Source: Octopus vulgaris (taxonomy: Eukaryota). Taken from it: a stretch of 64,000 nucleotides of DNA. Position 1 is the first letter of the stretch. Each line of letters starts with the position of its first letter. Shown one piece after another: positions 37,720-50,454 of this stretch. The position numbers and the translations under genes were made by a program. Under the pieces are notes generated by a model. That model had not been told where the DNA came from. It searched no databases and saw nothing but the letters and a program-made list of their open reading frames with translations. The DNA is taken from NCBI GenBank assembly GCA_951406725.2, contig OX597815.1, forward strand, positions 52,328,001 to 52,392,000, written 5' to 3'.

Positions 37720-40445
37720 ATTTTTGACTTACAAAACAAACTTCAAAAATGAACACATCTCCAACAACTCCATCCTAAAATTAAGAAAAACAAAACCTCA
37801 GTCTATCATAACTGAACAACCACCAAGAAAATCGAACATACTTCCCTCCCGAGAAAGACATTTTGAATGTACCCCATACTACATAAATGCACCATGAAAC
37901 ACCTACAGGGATACCCCACTTAATTTTAGGATCCACAATCTACATAACCCAACTAAAACACGTCAACGAAGCCAATTCTCTAGGAACCCACCATGCAACC
38001 ATAACGAACAACAAACCCACTACAGAAGAAACAACTACCAACATAACATACCTGAAACACTAAGATGGAACACGAAGTTCAAAAACACACTACAAAATAG
38101 TATACCACAAACCCACTATAAAAATTATAGCAACAGGAGACAGATAAACGACACTATTAAACCCAACCAAACCAACCATTTTTTAGACCCTGTGCACAGA
38201 AACAGGGATACACGATGTCACCAGACATACCAGAGAAACCACAGGTAATTAAAATAGTAAAACTCTCTAATAAAGAACTTACACCCAACCAGATAAATAT
38301 ACTATCCAAAGGGCTAAAATTTAACCCTAACCCCGCAACGACCAAATTACCATGAAAGACGATATTTTTGAGTTTTGTAGAAAATTAAGTCTAGCCGAGG
38401 AATTTTATGACAAACATATCAACGATGATTCAATAGTTAGAAATAGCAGCAGGTACACCACTACAAAAGGAAAGAATAAAGCCGTTGACCAATTCTGTGA
38501 GGACATACCAATTACCCTTTTCAACTCACAGATAAACAAAAACACAGACCAAACTTCAACAAGAGAGAATGGAACGACATTAACGAACTAAAAGCCATAA
38601 CAATCAAAGGGCAGATAAAGGTAACGCAGTAGTCCTAATGAACACGTGGGACTATAAAAATCTAATACTATCTCCATTAGGGGATGAGACATATTACGAA
38701 AAGGCCCACCACTATAGCCAACATAAAATAATGAATAATCTCAGGACACTAATTAACTCATTCCGAGAAGGACTCATAGACAAGGAATATGACTACATTA
38801 CCAACTTCAAGAGTAAATCAAGTTTATTCTATGGTATCCCCCAAATCCACAAAAGCAGAATAATAAGCGAGGCATGCAAAGAAGCTACAGACATAATCAT
38901 CAAGGTCCCCTTACCTGATGACCTGAAACTAAGACCAATAATAGCAGGTTCAGTATGCAAAACCCACTGCCTCAGTAACTTCCTGGACACTCTACTGAAA
39001 CCCTTACTCAATCACATCAAGAGCTACATTAGGGATGACCTGGACATGCTAAACCACTTCCCAAAAACGGTCAGTGAGAAAACACTGCTAGTATCCTTCG
39101 ACATAGTCAACCTATATTCATGCTAGGAATAGAAGCTATCACATTCTGGTTAGACAAGTACACCTATGAACTCCCCCTCGCATTAAAAAAGAACTCATAA
39201 TAGAAGGACTATGATTTATCCTAGAAAACAATTATTTTATATTTAATGACTACTTCCAACAAAAATCGGGGACAGCAATGGGAACACAGACTCCACCTTC
39301 TTTTGTGAACCTAATAATGGGCTATCTTGAGATTAAACTATACCAGAGAATGCTCGAGAACTACAGAAACTCCTTTTCCACCAACATTCAAAACAACTAG
39401 AAAAGCTATCTCAATGACTGCTTCATCCTCTGGAATGAAAGTATAGAAAAACTTAACGAATTCCAAACACTTCTAAATGGAATGAAAGAAAACCTTCAAT
39501 TTACGATAGAGTACAACCAGGAACAACTACCATTTTTAGATATCCTTATTAAGAAAGTCGGGAACAAAACAGAGAAAGATATCTATTACAAACCCACAGA
39601 CTTAAAACAGTACCTGCCATTTGATTCTTGCCACCCAAGACATACCAGGATGAATATCCCATTTTGTTTAGCCAAAAGAATATGCACAATAGTATCAGAT
39701 GCAAACACCCATAACACACAACTCCAGGAATTGAAAACCACACTCATCAGTAGGAATTACCCACAACCCTTAATCGACAATATAATCCAATAAGTACTTA
39801 AATTAAATACACAAGAACTTAGACAACCAAGACCAAAGAAGGAAGAAAAATTACATTTCCACACACAACCTACATAACAATGTGGCCTTCAACACTATAC
39901 TCCACAGCACAGCTCTACTCAAGAGAGACCCAAAGATAAATCAAATCCTTAAAACACACACAATCTTTAAAAGTAAGAGACAACCAAAATCAATGGAGAA
40001 GATTTTAACCCAGGCCAAATTACACTCAACAATAACCACTAAGTCAACAATAAAAAAATGCGGGAGACCCAACTGTGGGATTTGTATCAACATAATAGAA
40101 AGATCAGAACACCGATTAGAACACCATAAAAACTAATTTTACATATGCATTGGAGAACTTGATTTACTTAAATACGTGCTTGGGATGTAAACGGCAATAT
40201 ATTGGACACATAAAAAATAGCCTATGTCAGAGGATGGCGGTGCACAAATCTCAAATTAGAATTCTGGAATACAGGAAAATACCTCTCAGCCAGCACATCA
40301 ATGAATGTGCTTCCAACAAATTTCCCAAATTCACGTTTCCACTGTACAAATTCAAAGACAATGCCAGCCAAAATGGACGCCTTAGCAAGGAAATGCATTT
40401 CATAAGAAAATATCAACCGAGTCTAAATTCTCTAGACTAGCAACA
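37720..40445 (+). mobile_element. Near full-length decayed Penelope-like element (RT + Cys linker + GIY-YIG), Neptune-like
   Basis: LSKGLKFNP, ADKGNAVVLMN, FYGIPQIHK, LRPIIAG, SFDIVNLY, GTAMGT, YLNDCFILW (YxDD position), LPFLDILI, YYKPTD..SCHP, KKCGRPNCGIC, NLIYLNTCLGCKRQYIG..RMAVH..H..E..YQPSLN. Confidence 0.92.
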
Positions 40446-40555
40446 CTGAGACTTTTTATACATATATGTATATGAATACATAAGTGTGTATGTGTGTATT
40501 TATGTATATATGTGTGTGTATATATATGTATACATATGTATATATACATATATAC

Positions 40556-41600
40556 ATGTCCAGTTCCTTTGGTTTGTGTCTATGTTTTCGTTTCTCATTG
40601 TGTTCGACGTCCTGTTGGTGTCCTGTACTCATATATACGTGTATATGTACATGTAGAGGTAGGTACGTACATATATGTTTATATATATGCATATGTTTTA
40701 TTTTATTTATTAATAAATTATATGATGAAACGCACGCACCCCCTTAAGTAAGATTGTTCTTTATATCAAGTTTTTGTTTTTGATATTAACTCTTACGCGC
40801 ACTCTTCACCTTTCTGTCCCATCCCTTTCTCAGCCTTCATTCTTTGTTTTCCTTTTCCTCTGCTTAACTTGTCTCTTCCTCTCTCTCATTCTTCACTCTC
40901 TCTCTCTCCCTCTCCATTCTTCATGGTTTCCTCGCAGCCATTCCCCTTCTTCTCTCCCTTTCTCTTGCTCCTCCTCCCCCCTTCCCGTCGTTCACCCGCG
41001 ACGTGACTTCCGCCTTCCCGTCGTTCACCCACGACGTCACTTCCGCTGCTGTCTCTCTCGCCTGGCTCTCTCAAGGTAATGGACGACATTCTCTTTTGCT
41101 CCGCTCGTCGTCCATAAAAAATTCTGCGTTTGCAATACTTTTTTTCGTTCGGCGTCAATAGCCCTTCTTATCTTGTTTTTCCTTGTCCTGTCTGTTACTG
41201 TTTACAATTTGTACTGTCGTTACTGTCCTGTTGTTACCATTTTTTACCCCTCTGCGAAAAGATCTCAGAATTTTAATTGATTTGCTTTTCGCAGGAAGGA
41301 AAGTTTTCTTGTCGAAGATACGTCTCGCTTTTATCCTTCGAAACGTAGAGTAGATGAAATCTTTAGCGACTGAAGAAGGGGTTTTTCTTTGTGTTAATTG
41401 TCCTGTACTCTATTTTTTTTTTTGCTGTTTTTAAATAAATGTCCAGTTCCTTTGGTTTGTGTCTATGTTTTCGTTTCTCATTGAGTTCGACGTCCTTTTG
41501 GTGTCCTGTACTCATATATGCGTGTATATGTACATGTAGAGGTAGGTACGTACATATATGTTTATATATATGCATATGTTTTATTTTATTTATTAATATA
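40556..41600 (+). mobile_element. Family X: ~0.88-kb non-coding unit with terminal direct repeats (pseudo-LTR-like)
   Basis: atgtccagttcctttggtttgtgtc..atatgttttatt at 40556 and 41439 (period 883), CT-rich interior. Confidence 0.8.
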
Positions 41601-41659
41601 TTATATAAATATATATAAATATATATGCAGGTGTGTGTGTACATGTATGCGTATATATT

Positions 41660-41700
<41 letters not shown>

Positions 41701-42442
41701 GCTGGTGTATGTACATGCATGTATGTATATGTTTATATGGGTGAGTGTGTGTTTAAGAAATAAAGACAAGGGCTTCAATGGCTACAGCCATTGGAAACAA
41801 GTCTTGACCACACTATTCAATTTACAAAGACAGAGAGTAGTAATTTGCGGTCACAGTCAGTTGAACTTGTCATGCTACCAGAACCAAAGAATATTATCAC
41901 GTGTTCTTGCAGGAAAAAGGAAAGTAGACTATGAATGTTAATCTTAAATTAAATTTTGATTTGATTTTTTAATAGTTCTTTTTTCATTACATATTCCATT
42001 TTAGTACATATTTTTCATAAGGTTCTTCAAAAACCGAAACATATAAAAGGAAAATTAAAATGTACCCAATTTTAAGAAAGTAGCATTTTCATTCTTGTTT
42101 TTCATAAATATCTACTTACTCCGTGTGTTACCTCTACAAATCTTTTCACATATATGGCCTTGTGATTAGGATGTTGCATTCATAATCACAGGATCATAGT
42201 TTCAATTCCTAGACTGGGTGGTGCACTGTGTTCTTGAGCAAATCACTTCAAGTAACGTTGCTCTGTGACCACTTCGACACCTGACATGTGATACACCATG
42301 CACCTGTTCAGGCAAATGTCAATTTGATGGAGGGAGCAAGCTAATGTATGGCACATACATTTAATCACTATAAACAAATCGTTTGTGCTGGTTGTTTGGT
42401 AAAAGCTGAACACTCATACATCATCTTCAACTGGAAAGCCCA

Positions 42443-42493
<51 letters not shown>

Positions 42494-43289
42494 CAGATAG
42501 ATACATACATATACATACATACATACATACATACATACATAAATACATACTTTCATATTTATTTATTATATCAAAGTTGACTGTCTAATCTGAATTTCAT
42601 CCTTAGCCACATTACTCTAGAGACAAGAGAAATATCTAGAGTTTAAATAGGGTTCAAAGTTAAGGGTGTCAGGGTGGATAAGATGTGAATTATGTGAAAT
42701 TGTGGGTAATGATATTTTTAGGTGTGTATTGTATTGCAGCTAGAACTAAAACCACTCTATTATAATTGAATACCTTTTCTTCATTGAAATTTATTTAGGT
42801 ATGTTTAAACTTATGACCTTAGATCTTTTGCTCTGCTGGAAGTTCAAAGGTTGGGTTATAGTTTACTAAAAGATATTTATAGCATATTGTATCTAAATTT
42901 ATGGTTTTGTATTCCTTAGAATAAACTTTTACTCAAATTCCCTAAGCTGGGAGTCAAAAGGTTAGCTTTATGTCTATATAGTGATATAGATATTGTAAAT
43001 ATTTAAAAATTCAATAGGGTTGAAGGTTACTCTAATTTCAGCTTACATTATTGTTGTCACTAAGAAAAAAAAATCGAATTTATGGCAGAAAGAAAACCCC
43101 TGAAGAAATAGAAATATAGGTAGTAATATATAAAATTAGGGGTAGAACCATTTAAAATCTTATTGTAAAATTATGCTAGACCTAATGTGTGTGTGTGTGT
43201 ATGCATGTATATGTATGTGTGTATATATATGATTGATTGATTGATTGATTCCAGTTCCAGCCTATGAGCTGTGGCCATGCTGGGGCACC

Positions 43290-43344
<55 letters not shown>

Positions 43345-43590
43345 TACACTCACGCAGTCATACATATGTATTCATATACATTGATCTAAGCACATGAAAC
43401 TATAAACACACATATCTGCATATAACCATACATATATAGATACACATATATGCAGATATAAATCAATGCACATGTACAGACATAAATAAATGTAGCACCT
43501 CTTGGAATGTATATCTATGTGTGCAAGTGTGTGTGCTTGTATATGTGTGTGTGTTTGTGTGTGTGTGTGTGCGTATGCGTGTGTGTGTGC

Positions 43591-43624
<34 letters not shown>

Positions 43625-45639
43625 AATATAAATACATACCTATGCTATAGAGGATATATTATAACAGTTCATATGCATAATAGATAGATTTAATAGCTAT
43701 AAATGAGTTGACTACATAAATATTCGTTCAGTTTTTCAAACATTGTTACTAACTCAATCATTACTATTAAGCTACTGGTATTAAGCTATTTGCTTTAATC
43801 AATGTAGCTGACAACTTTCATTTTTTTTTCTTTGCTGAGTGTTTAACAGTTAGAAATGCATCAAGTAACAATGGTATAACAAAGGTGTTACACAACTGTC
43901 TGAATTTGCATTAATCATTCTAGCCAAAAAAAGGAAAAAAGATGGGATCAGATTTGCAAAGAAAATTGTTCTCCCTCTTTCTTTCTCCATGTGTGCGAGT
44001 GTGTGTATGTGTGCGAGTGTGTGTATTTGTGCCTGTGTGTATGTGTGCATGTGCGTATTTGTGTGTATGTATAGTTTCCTTGATCTTATATAGAATCAGT
44101 AGTAATTACCTCTAGGAGCATGTTTGTTTACTTTCACTCAAAGGATAGTTGATTTCAACAAACCAAGAATGTTTTCATATAGTATTTAGTTTATCATTCT
44201 TTGTCTTTGCTATACTAGCACACAGTCATATACATACATACATATTTGTGTTTATGCATATATGCATGTGTGTATGTATGTATTTGCATGTGTATATGAC
44301 ATACATATGTATGTATATGTGTATACAAGTGTTTGTGTGTGTAATGAATAAAACACATTTCTATTTCTATGTGGTATGAGTTATAAAAACCATTGAATAA
44401 GCACGTTAACAATATAAAACTTTTTGATGTTGCTGGAACATCATTTATTGTAGGAGGCTATCTGATATTCACCTACTTGTATGTTTGAAATATAATGAAA
44501 AAAGCAATTTAAAAAAAAATTCACATTAACTAAAGAACATTTTAGTTTTTTAGGGGCATGAATGAATTTATTACGTGACTATTCAGTTTTAAGCAGTAGG
44601 GTAATTCAACCATCCACTGCTAATATTTCCCGTTCATGTAACTGTCTTAACCTTGTAAATTGCCCATTAAATAATTCAAGTGTTTAAAAATCAATACTTT
44701 ATTGTGCAAATCTATTTACGGTTAATAATTCAGTTTCAAAAGATCATATTGGGTTAACTAAAAATAAATTTAAAGGACGATTTAATCAGCATCAATATTC
44801 ATTTAGAAATCCGGAAGGATCTTTGGACCCAAGTTTATTAAAATACATATAATAACAATGTTAAAGTCTATAAAACTATCAACACACAAAACCTTATAAC
44901 CAGGATAATAACAGCCCTGACTTTTACCTTAAAGAGAAAATAGATATTCCGTTTTATCTTGAACACCAGTTAAAAGTTGAATTTTTTTGTCACCACATAT
45001 CAAAATATTTATTAGAATATTTTGAATTACCTGATGGCTGAAAACCAAACAGCCGCATAATAAATTCATTTACGGTCTAAAAGAAATCAAAGATTTTCTT
45101 TAAATAACGTGAATAAAAAATTCATCTTTTGTGCGGTCACATATCAAAAAGACAAACGGGTGAATGTTCCAGCCACATTAAAAAGTTTTATATTGGTTAC
45201 GTGCTTATTCAAGGGTTTGTATAAGTTATACTATGTATAAATACGATATTGCTTAATTTATTCCAGTGATCGCTTGAAAATCAGTAAAACGTGAAACTAA
45301 TAGTGGCAGTTAATATAATTTTAGCTTAAAATCACACATACACTCACACATACTCACACAAAGTCACACACATGCTCATGCAAAGACACAGACATACTTA
45401 CACAGAGACACTCACAGATACACACTCACACACACTCATAAATACAGATGAGTATATAAATGAAAGGAAAGAGCACGCAATACATGGCATGGAGGTTTAG
45501 TATTTGTTTCAACACTTTGTGACTAAAATCTGCATCACTCAATATTTCACAGATGTAAAGTCATTCAAATGCTGTCAATATAAATGGAGGAAGCTACAAG
45601 TTCTTAAAATATACTGTTTGCTTATATTCTGTATTTGCT

Positions 45640-47600
45640 GAAGAGTAGGTAGTCATAATTCTTTGAGAACAAGAACCTTTCATCATCTACATATAAATTT
45701 GGTTTCAAACCATGAGAGTGTCGGATAAATGACCTCAAGAACTTTTAAACCAATTGATTAATCTGATAAAAAGAGTAAAATTTTGATACTGTGCCAATTA
45801 TTTCTTTGCTACTTTCAATAATTATATGACACAACACATTAAAAAAAACAACTTTGAATGTAGAGATTCTTTGCTAATAAAACAACAACAAAAAAAAATC
45901 ATGAAACTAGTGCAAAAACATCGAGCTCTTATCTAATAACATTTCCAAAGCATACAGGATATCTAACACCCGCAATATCAAATAACAGAGCAAAGGGGGC
46001 CAGCCCTTCTGTTAAAATCAGAAGAAAAAACATATGGGTCATCTAGCCATACTCCACCTAAATCACCCTTGAGACCATGAATCTAATTTCCTTTCCAACT
46101 CTAAATTTAGGTTGATAAAAATGGGTTAGCGATAGTAGACAAGCATATTTTCGATGCCATCAATTTTGTTATCAGAAGGATTCAATGAAACTGCATCAAA
46201 TAATTATGCTGTGTTGTAAGCAAAGTGACTTGTAGAGTTGCCTGGTCTGATATTGTAGATTTCTAATTTTCCAAATTGAAATCATTTCCTCATGAAACCC
46301 CTACACATTAGGATTAGTGATCCTGATTTTAGAATAATCATACATACTAAAAATCAGTACAATATTATGACAATACATGCTTGATCAAAAAGGAAAGTGC
46401 TCATTGCTGGGCATTTCTCAGGGGAGTTATGATGGGGATAAGGTAGCAGACCTCGTTACATTACCTATCCTGGCCACCCCCAAGAAACACAACTTCTAAA
46501 CCTTATACAGAGATGACATCCTTGTATTTCATATAATATGAATGGCCAAATTATGGATAGATATAAGAATACGAGGTCAGATCAATATATATCCGGACTG
46601 TTGCCATAGTAATGGAGCTAAAGCACTCAGAGTGAAGTTGCTTGACACAGATTGATCTTAAACTCTGCTGTACATGTGTATTAAGTTTTAACATTCTAGC
46701 TCACTTCAAATGCTTACAGCAGTGCTTGGAAGGAAGGTGTATAGCGAGTGATCGTTACATTGACCATGACAGAGAAAACTGTCATGGCGATGCCTGCTCA
46801 GAGGCCTACGCAAAGTTGCAGAAAGTTTATGGAGAAAAGTGTATGAGTCGCACACAAGCGTACGAGTGGTTCAGATGTTTCCAAGATAGCCGGAAAATAT
46901 TTCGATATTGATGAACGTTCTGGGGAACCTCAACCAGTAGAAGTGAGAAAAATATTGCAGATAATCGTACATCTATAAGGGAAAATCGTCGAATCACCAT
47001 CCGTGAGTTATCAGAGGACGTGCAGATTAATTACATTTCAGTTCAGACCATTATCACTGAAGATTTGGGTATAAGACGCGTGTCTGCCATGTTTGTGCCA
47101 AAAATGCTTTCAGCTAACCAAAAAGACACTCGGGTTTGAGTTGTACAAGATCTCCTTGATTGTGTTGAGAACGATGAAGACTTTTTGCAAACTTAGCATA
47201 GGCCTCTGAGCAGGTATCGCCAAGCTTTTGGCAAAATTTGATGCAGATTCTTTGCTCAACTTTCTCTGTCATGGTCTATGTGATGATCACATGCTACACA
47301 CGTTCCTTCCAAGCACTGCTGTAAACAGTGGAAGTAAGCTAGAACATTAAAACTTAGTGCGCATGCACAACAGGGTTCAAAGTCAATCTGTGCCAAGCAG
47401 CTTCAACTCTGCATACTTTAGCTTCGTGACTAGGCAACAGTAAGGATTCTTATTGATCAGGCCACGTAACTTAAAAGAAACCTTCAAGAAGTTTAACCTA
47501 AGCATATCTATAAACACCAATCTAATGACTCTCAACTTCTTAGTCATTGCTTTACATTCCAAGAAGGCAAAGCACTATCATTACAAAAATCCTAACATCT
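45640..47600 (+). mobile_element. Heavily decayed Penelope-like RT (Naiad-type motifs), interrupted by a mariner
   Basis: YKFGFK, FANKTT, SNFLSNSKFRLI, SDIVDF, GSYDGDKVADLV, LYRDDIL, DRYKN|NLKETFKKFNLSISINTNL..NFL..YKNPN. The frame is restored when the 46572-47466 insert is removed. Confidence 0.75.
46572..47466 (+). mobile_element. Non-autonomous mariner with TA TSD and ~250-bp inverted arms; only the N-terminal HTH region retained
   Basis: TA|cgaggtcagatcaata...tattgatcaggccacg|TA. Peptides CMSRTQAYEWFRCF, NRRITIREL, GIRRVSAMFVPKML. No DDD catalytic domain. Confidence 0.9.
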
Positions 47601-47910
47601 CTTGTAGGGAGTATCCAACAAAACGATGGTTATGTGGGAATGTACCAACTTTCTCATCAATAATCCAAAAGTGGAGATTGAGGTTTGCTGACCACTACTG
47701 GAGAAGTAAGGAAGAATTTGTGAGTCACGTGTTACTGTGGACACCAAATTATGGTACTACAGTGGCTGGAAGACCACAGAAGATGTATATACAACAGCTT
47801 GCAGATGTTGGATGCCAAGTTGAAGACCTAAAAACACTAATGGAAGATCAAGAGGGATGGAGAGAGGTAGTCAGGGTGACCCGGGCAATCAGCCTGATTG
47901 GATGATGCCT
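47600..47910 (+). mobile_element. RTE-clade LINE C-terminus
   Basis: IQKWRLRFADHYWRSKEE..VLLWTP..GRPQKMYIQQL..MEDQEGWREVV. Confidence 0.8.
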
Positions 47911-48017
47911 CGATAAATAAATATATGTGTGTGTGTGTGTATGTGTATGTGTGTGTATATGTATATACACATACATACATACACACTCACACACACACAC
48001 ATATATATATAATATAT

Positions 48018-48770
48018 AAAATAGTGTACATTTGAATGCAAAGAGAAATTACCTATAACAGACACTTTCTACACGCTAGGAGACAGTCAAAACGACTGAA
48101 GACCACAAAAAAAATTTAAGCAATTTCAAAGGGAATGAAAAATAAAAACTTTTACCTTGTTTTTACGATTATACCTATAGGTTTCGGATTTTTTATAGTA
48201 AATAAAATAAAATAATTTAATTTACCAGGCAAATCCTCTTCAGTAACCGAGCCAGCAAAGACTAACCTATAATAATGAGACCGATAGCACGTGTCACATC
48301 CCTATATGTTATAATTTTTTTCAAAATCCACTACGCAAGCGTAGTTTCAGTCGGCAGAAAATGAAGAATGCCGAAATGAACTTTGAAAAGCTAATATCGA
48401 TACTTAGATATCTATATAGGGTAATAAATTTTTACAAATTTACTACCAGTGGCCTAGCATGCATAAAAAATCATAAAATTATTTTATCTTATTTACTAAA
48501 AAAAAAATCCGAAACCTATGGGTATAACCGTAAAAACAAGGTAAAAGTTTTTTACTTTTCATTCCCTTTGAAATTGCTTAATTTTTTTTTTGTGGTCTTC
48601 AGTTGTTTTGACTGTCTCCTAGCGTGTAGAAATTGCCTGTTATAGGTAATTTCTCTTTTGTGTTTAAATGTACACTATTTTATATTGAATAATATGTCGT
48701 CTATTGACTTTTTATGCATGCTAGGCCACTGGTAGTAAATTTGTAAAAATTTAATACCCTACACATATAT
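48018..48770. mobile_element. Non-coding inverted/partial-tandem element with intact HHR
   Basis: 48018-48219 is approximately the reverse complement of 48477-48684, and 48418-48470 of 48709-48760. TA-rich flanks. Confidence 0.8.
48166..48249 (-). ncRNA. Type I hammerhead ribozyme, canonical core
   Basis: CGGTTA-CTGAAGA-GGATTT..AAATCC-GAAA-CC-TATA-GG-TA^TAATCG. All core bases are present and all three stems pair. Confidence 0.85.
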
Positions 48771-49059
48771 ATATACATTTTAAATTATTGATGCAGAAGA
48801 CAGAGTGTAACTAGAACCTTTATTTAGCACAACAATCGTTTCGGCTGTTTTCTGCACCGCTCCCTAGTGAGTGGGGAACGATGTAATAACATCAAATCTA
48901 AAGATAGGAATCACATCCCCATCAAATTCTTGTGCACGTCATCATGCTTCATTGTCATAACCAGCCACTAAAGTTCTCCATACACTTTAGGACTTTTCAA
49001 TCCAATGCCATTACCCCACCCCCATTTACGTTAGATACTTTGTAATTTTAATTTTTTGT

Positions 49060-50165
49060 ATCAACCACTTCCTAACCACAAATATACAAAAGGATGTCAT
49101 TTACTCCGTTGCGAATGCTTGGAATGAAGTTGATAAATCAACAGTAACAAATGCCTGGCATAGAATTTTGCCAATAACGATGTTTGATGAAAACGACCCT
49201 ATAGATAATGAGTTCGGAGGATTTAGTATCACTAATGAGAAGATGATATCAAAACTTGTAATTTACGCTAAAAGTTTATTGGGCGAAAGTGTAAGTGATC
49301 TAGAAGAAGCGAACATTGAAGAAATGCTAAACGTTGACAATGATGCACCTATTGTGCATTCCTTGAGTGATGGGAAAATTGCTGAAATTGAGTTAAATAT
49401 GGATAAGAATGAAGACAGTAGCGATGACAACACAAAGAACACGGGTGAAAAAAATTCTTATAGGTGATATGGTGAAAAGTTGTTATCAGTTAACAGCTGG
49501 CCTTGAATAATGTGCATTTATCAGTGAGCAAGAGATTATGGGAGTTTACTCCATTAAAAAGACATTACTTAGACAGAAACCTATGCTAATGTGACAGATG
49601 ACACCTGAAGAAGTTTTTTAAAATACCATCTCTCATAATGCTACTTCATCACTTGAAAATCCCAGGCCTACCGTCGGAGGTTTGCTTTCAACCTGATGAC
49701 AACGTTGGTGACACTGACGGACCCTGTCTTAACTGCAGCTACATATTTAGCCTAGTTTGATCCAGTTTATAGCTCTAGCATATGAATAAACTGTAATACC
49801 ATTTATAGTCTTTCTTTATTCAAATTAGTGCGAATATCTATGCATCTCTCTGCAGAAATATGATGGTAATGTGTTTACCTGTTCTTGTGGATCGTGTATT
49901 TTTGTTTTAAATTATCCAACTATATGTATTTTGCTATTTGTGATCTTAATAGTCTCACTATTTCATTTACCAGTATATTACTCTACAACTATTTGTTTTT
50001 CCCACTGATTTTGAGTATGTATACATGTGCTTTTATTATCGGAGTAGGACATCTGTTTTGATGATTGAAATCTGGGGCAGCTGGCTTTTGTTCTGAAATC
50101 CAGAAAAATCCGAATTTCAGAACACAACTGTCCCCAAGGGTTCCGGATAAAGGATTGTGCACCTG
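49060..50165 (+). mobile_element. Tigger/pogo transposon 3' fragment
   Basis: KDVIYSVANAWNEVDKSTVTNAWHRIL and an acidic tail (..VHSLSDGKIAE). Terminal ggttccggataaaggattgtgcacctg|TA. Confidence 0.8.
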
Positions 50166-50217
50166 TACCACTGGCATCCAACTTGGAGTGAAATGAAAGT
50201 CTTATAAATTGTTACGT

Positions 50218-50319
50218 CACTTGATGAGGCTCCCTGTACTGTGCAATGCATCTGATGTCATTATATCGTTCCTCACCCACTAGGGAGTAGTGCAGAAGCC
50301 AGCTGAAACGATTGTTGTG
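50218..50319 (+). ncRNA. Hammerhead ribozyme-like motif with large stem II insertion
   Basis: CAC-TTGATGA-GGCT..AGCT-GAAAC-GATT-GTT-GTG. The inverted copy near 48830-48847 has AGCC-GAAAC, giving a perfect stem II. Confidence 0.55.
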
Positions 50320-50454
50320 CTAAATAAAGGTTCTAGTTACACTCTATCTTCCGTATCAATCATTTAAAATATACCCAATGTGCACCTTTGAATTCCTGAC
50401 ATAGATCCAGCGATGAAAGCACAGCAATGCTGATGATGTCTGGTACGTACCTAT

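Larger units (their letters stand above)
48778..50370. repeat. ~120-bp inverted repeat pair (48778-48897 / 50250-50370) from an HHR-bearing element
   Basis: agagtgtaactagaacctttatttagcacaacaatcgtttc and its reverse complement. Confidence 0.8.
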
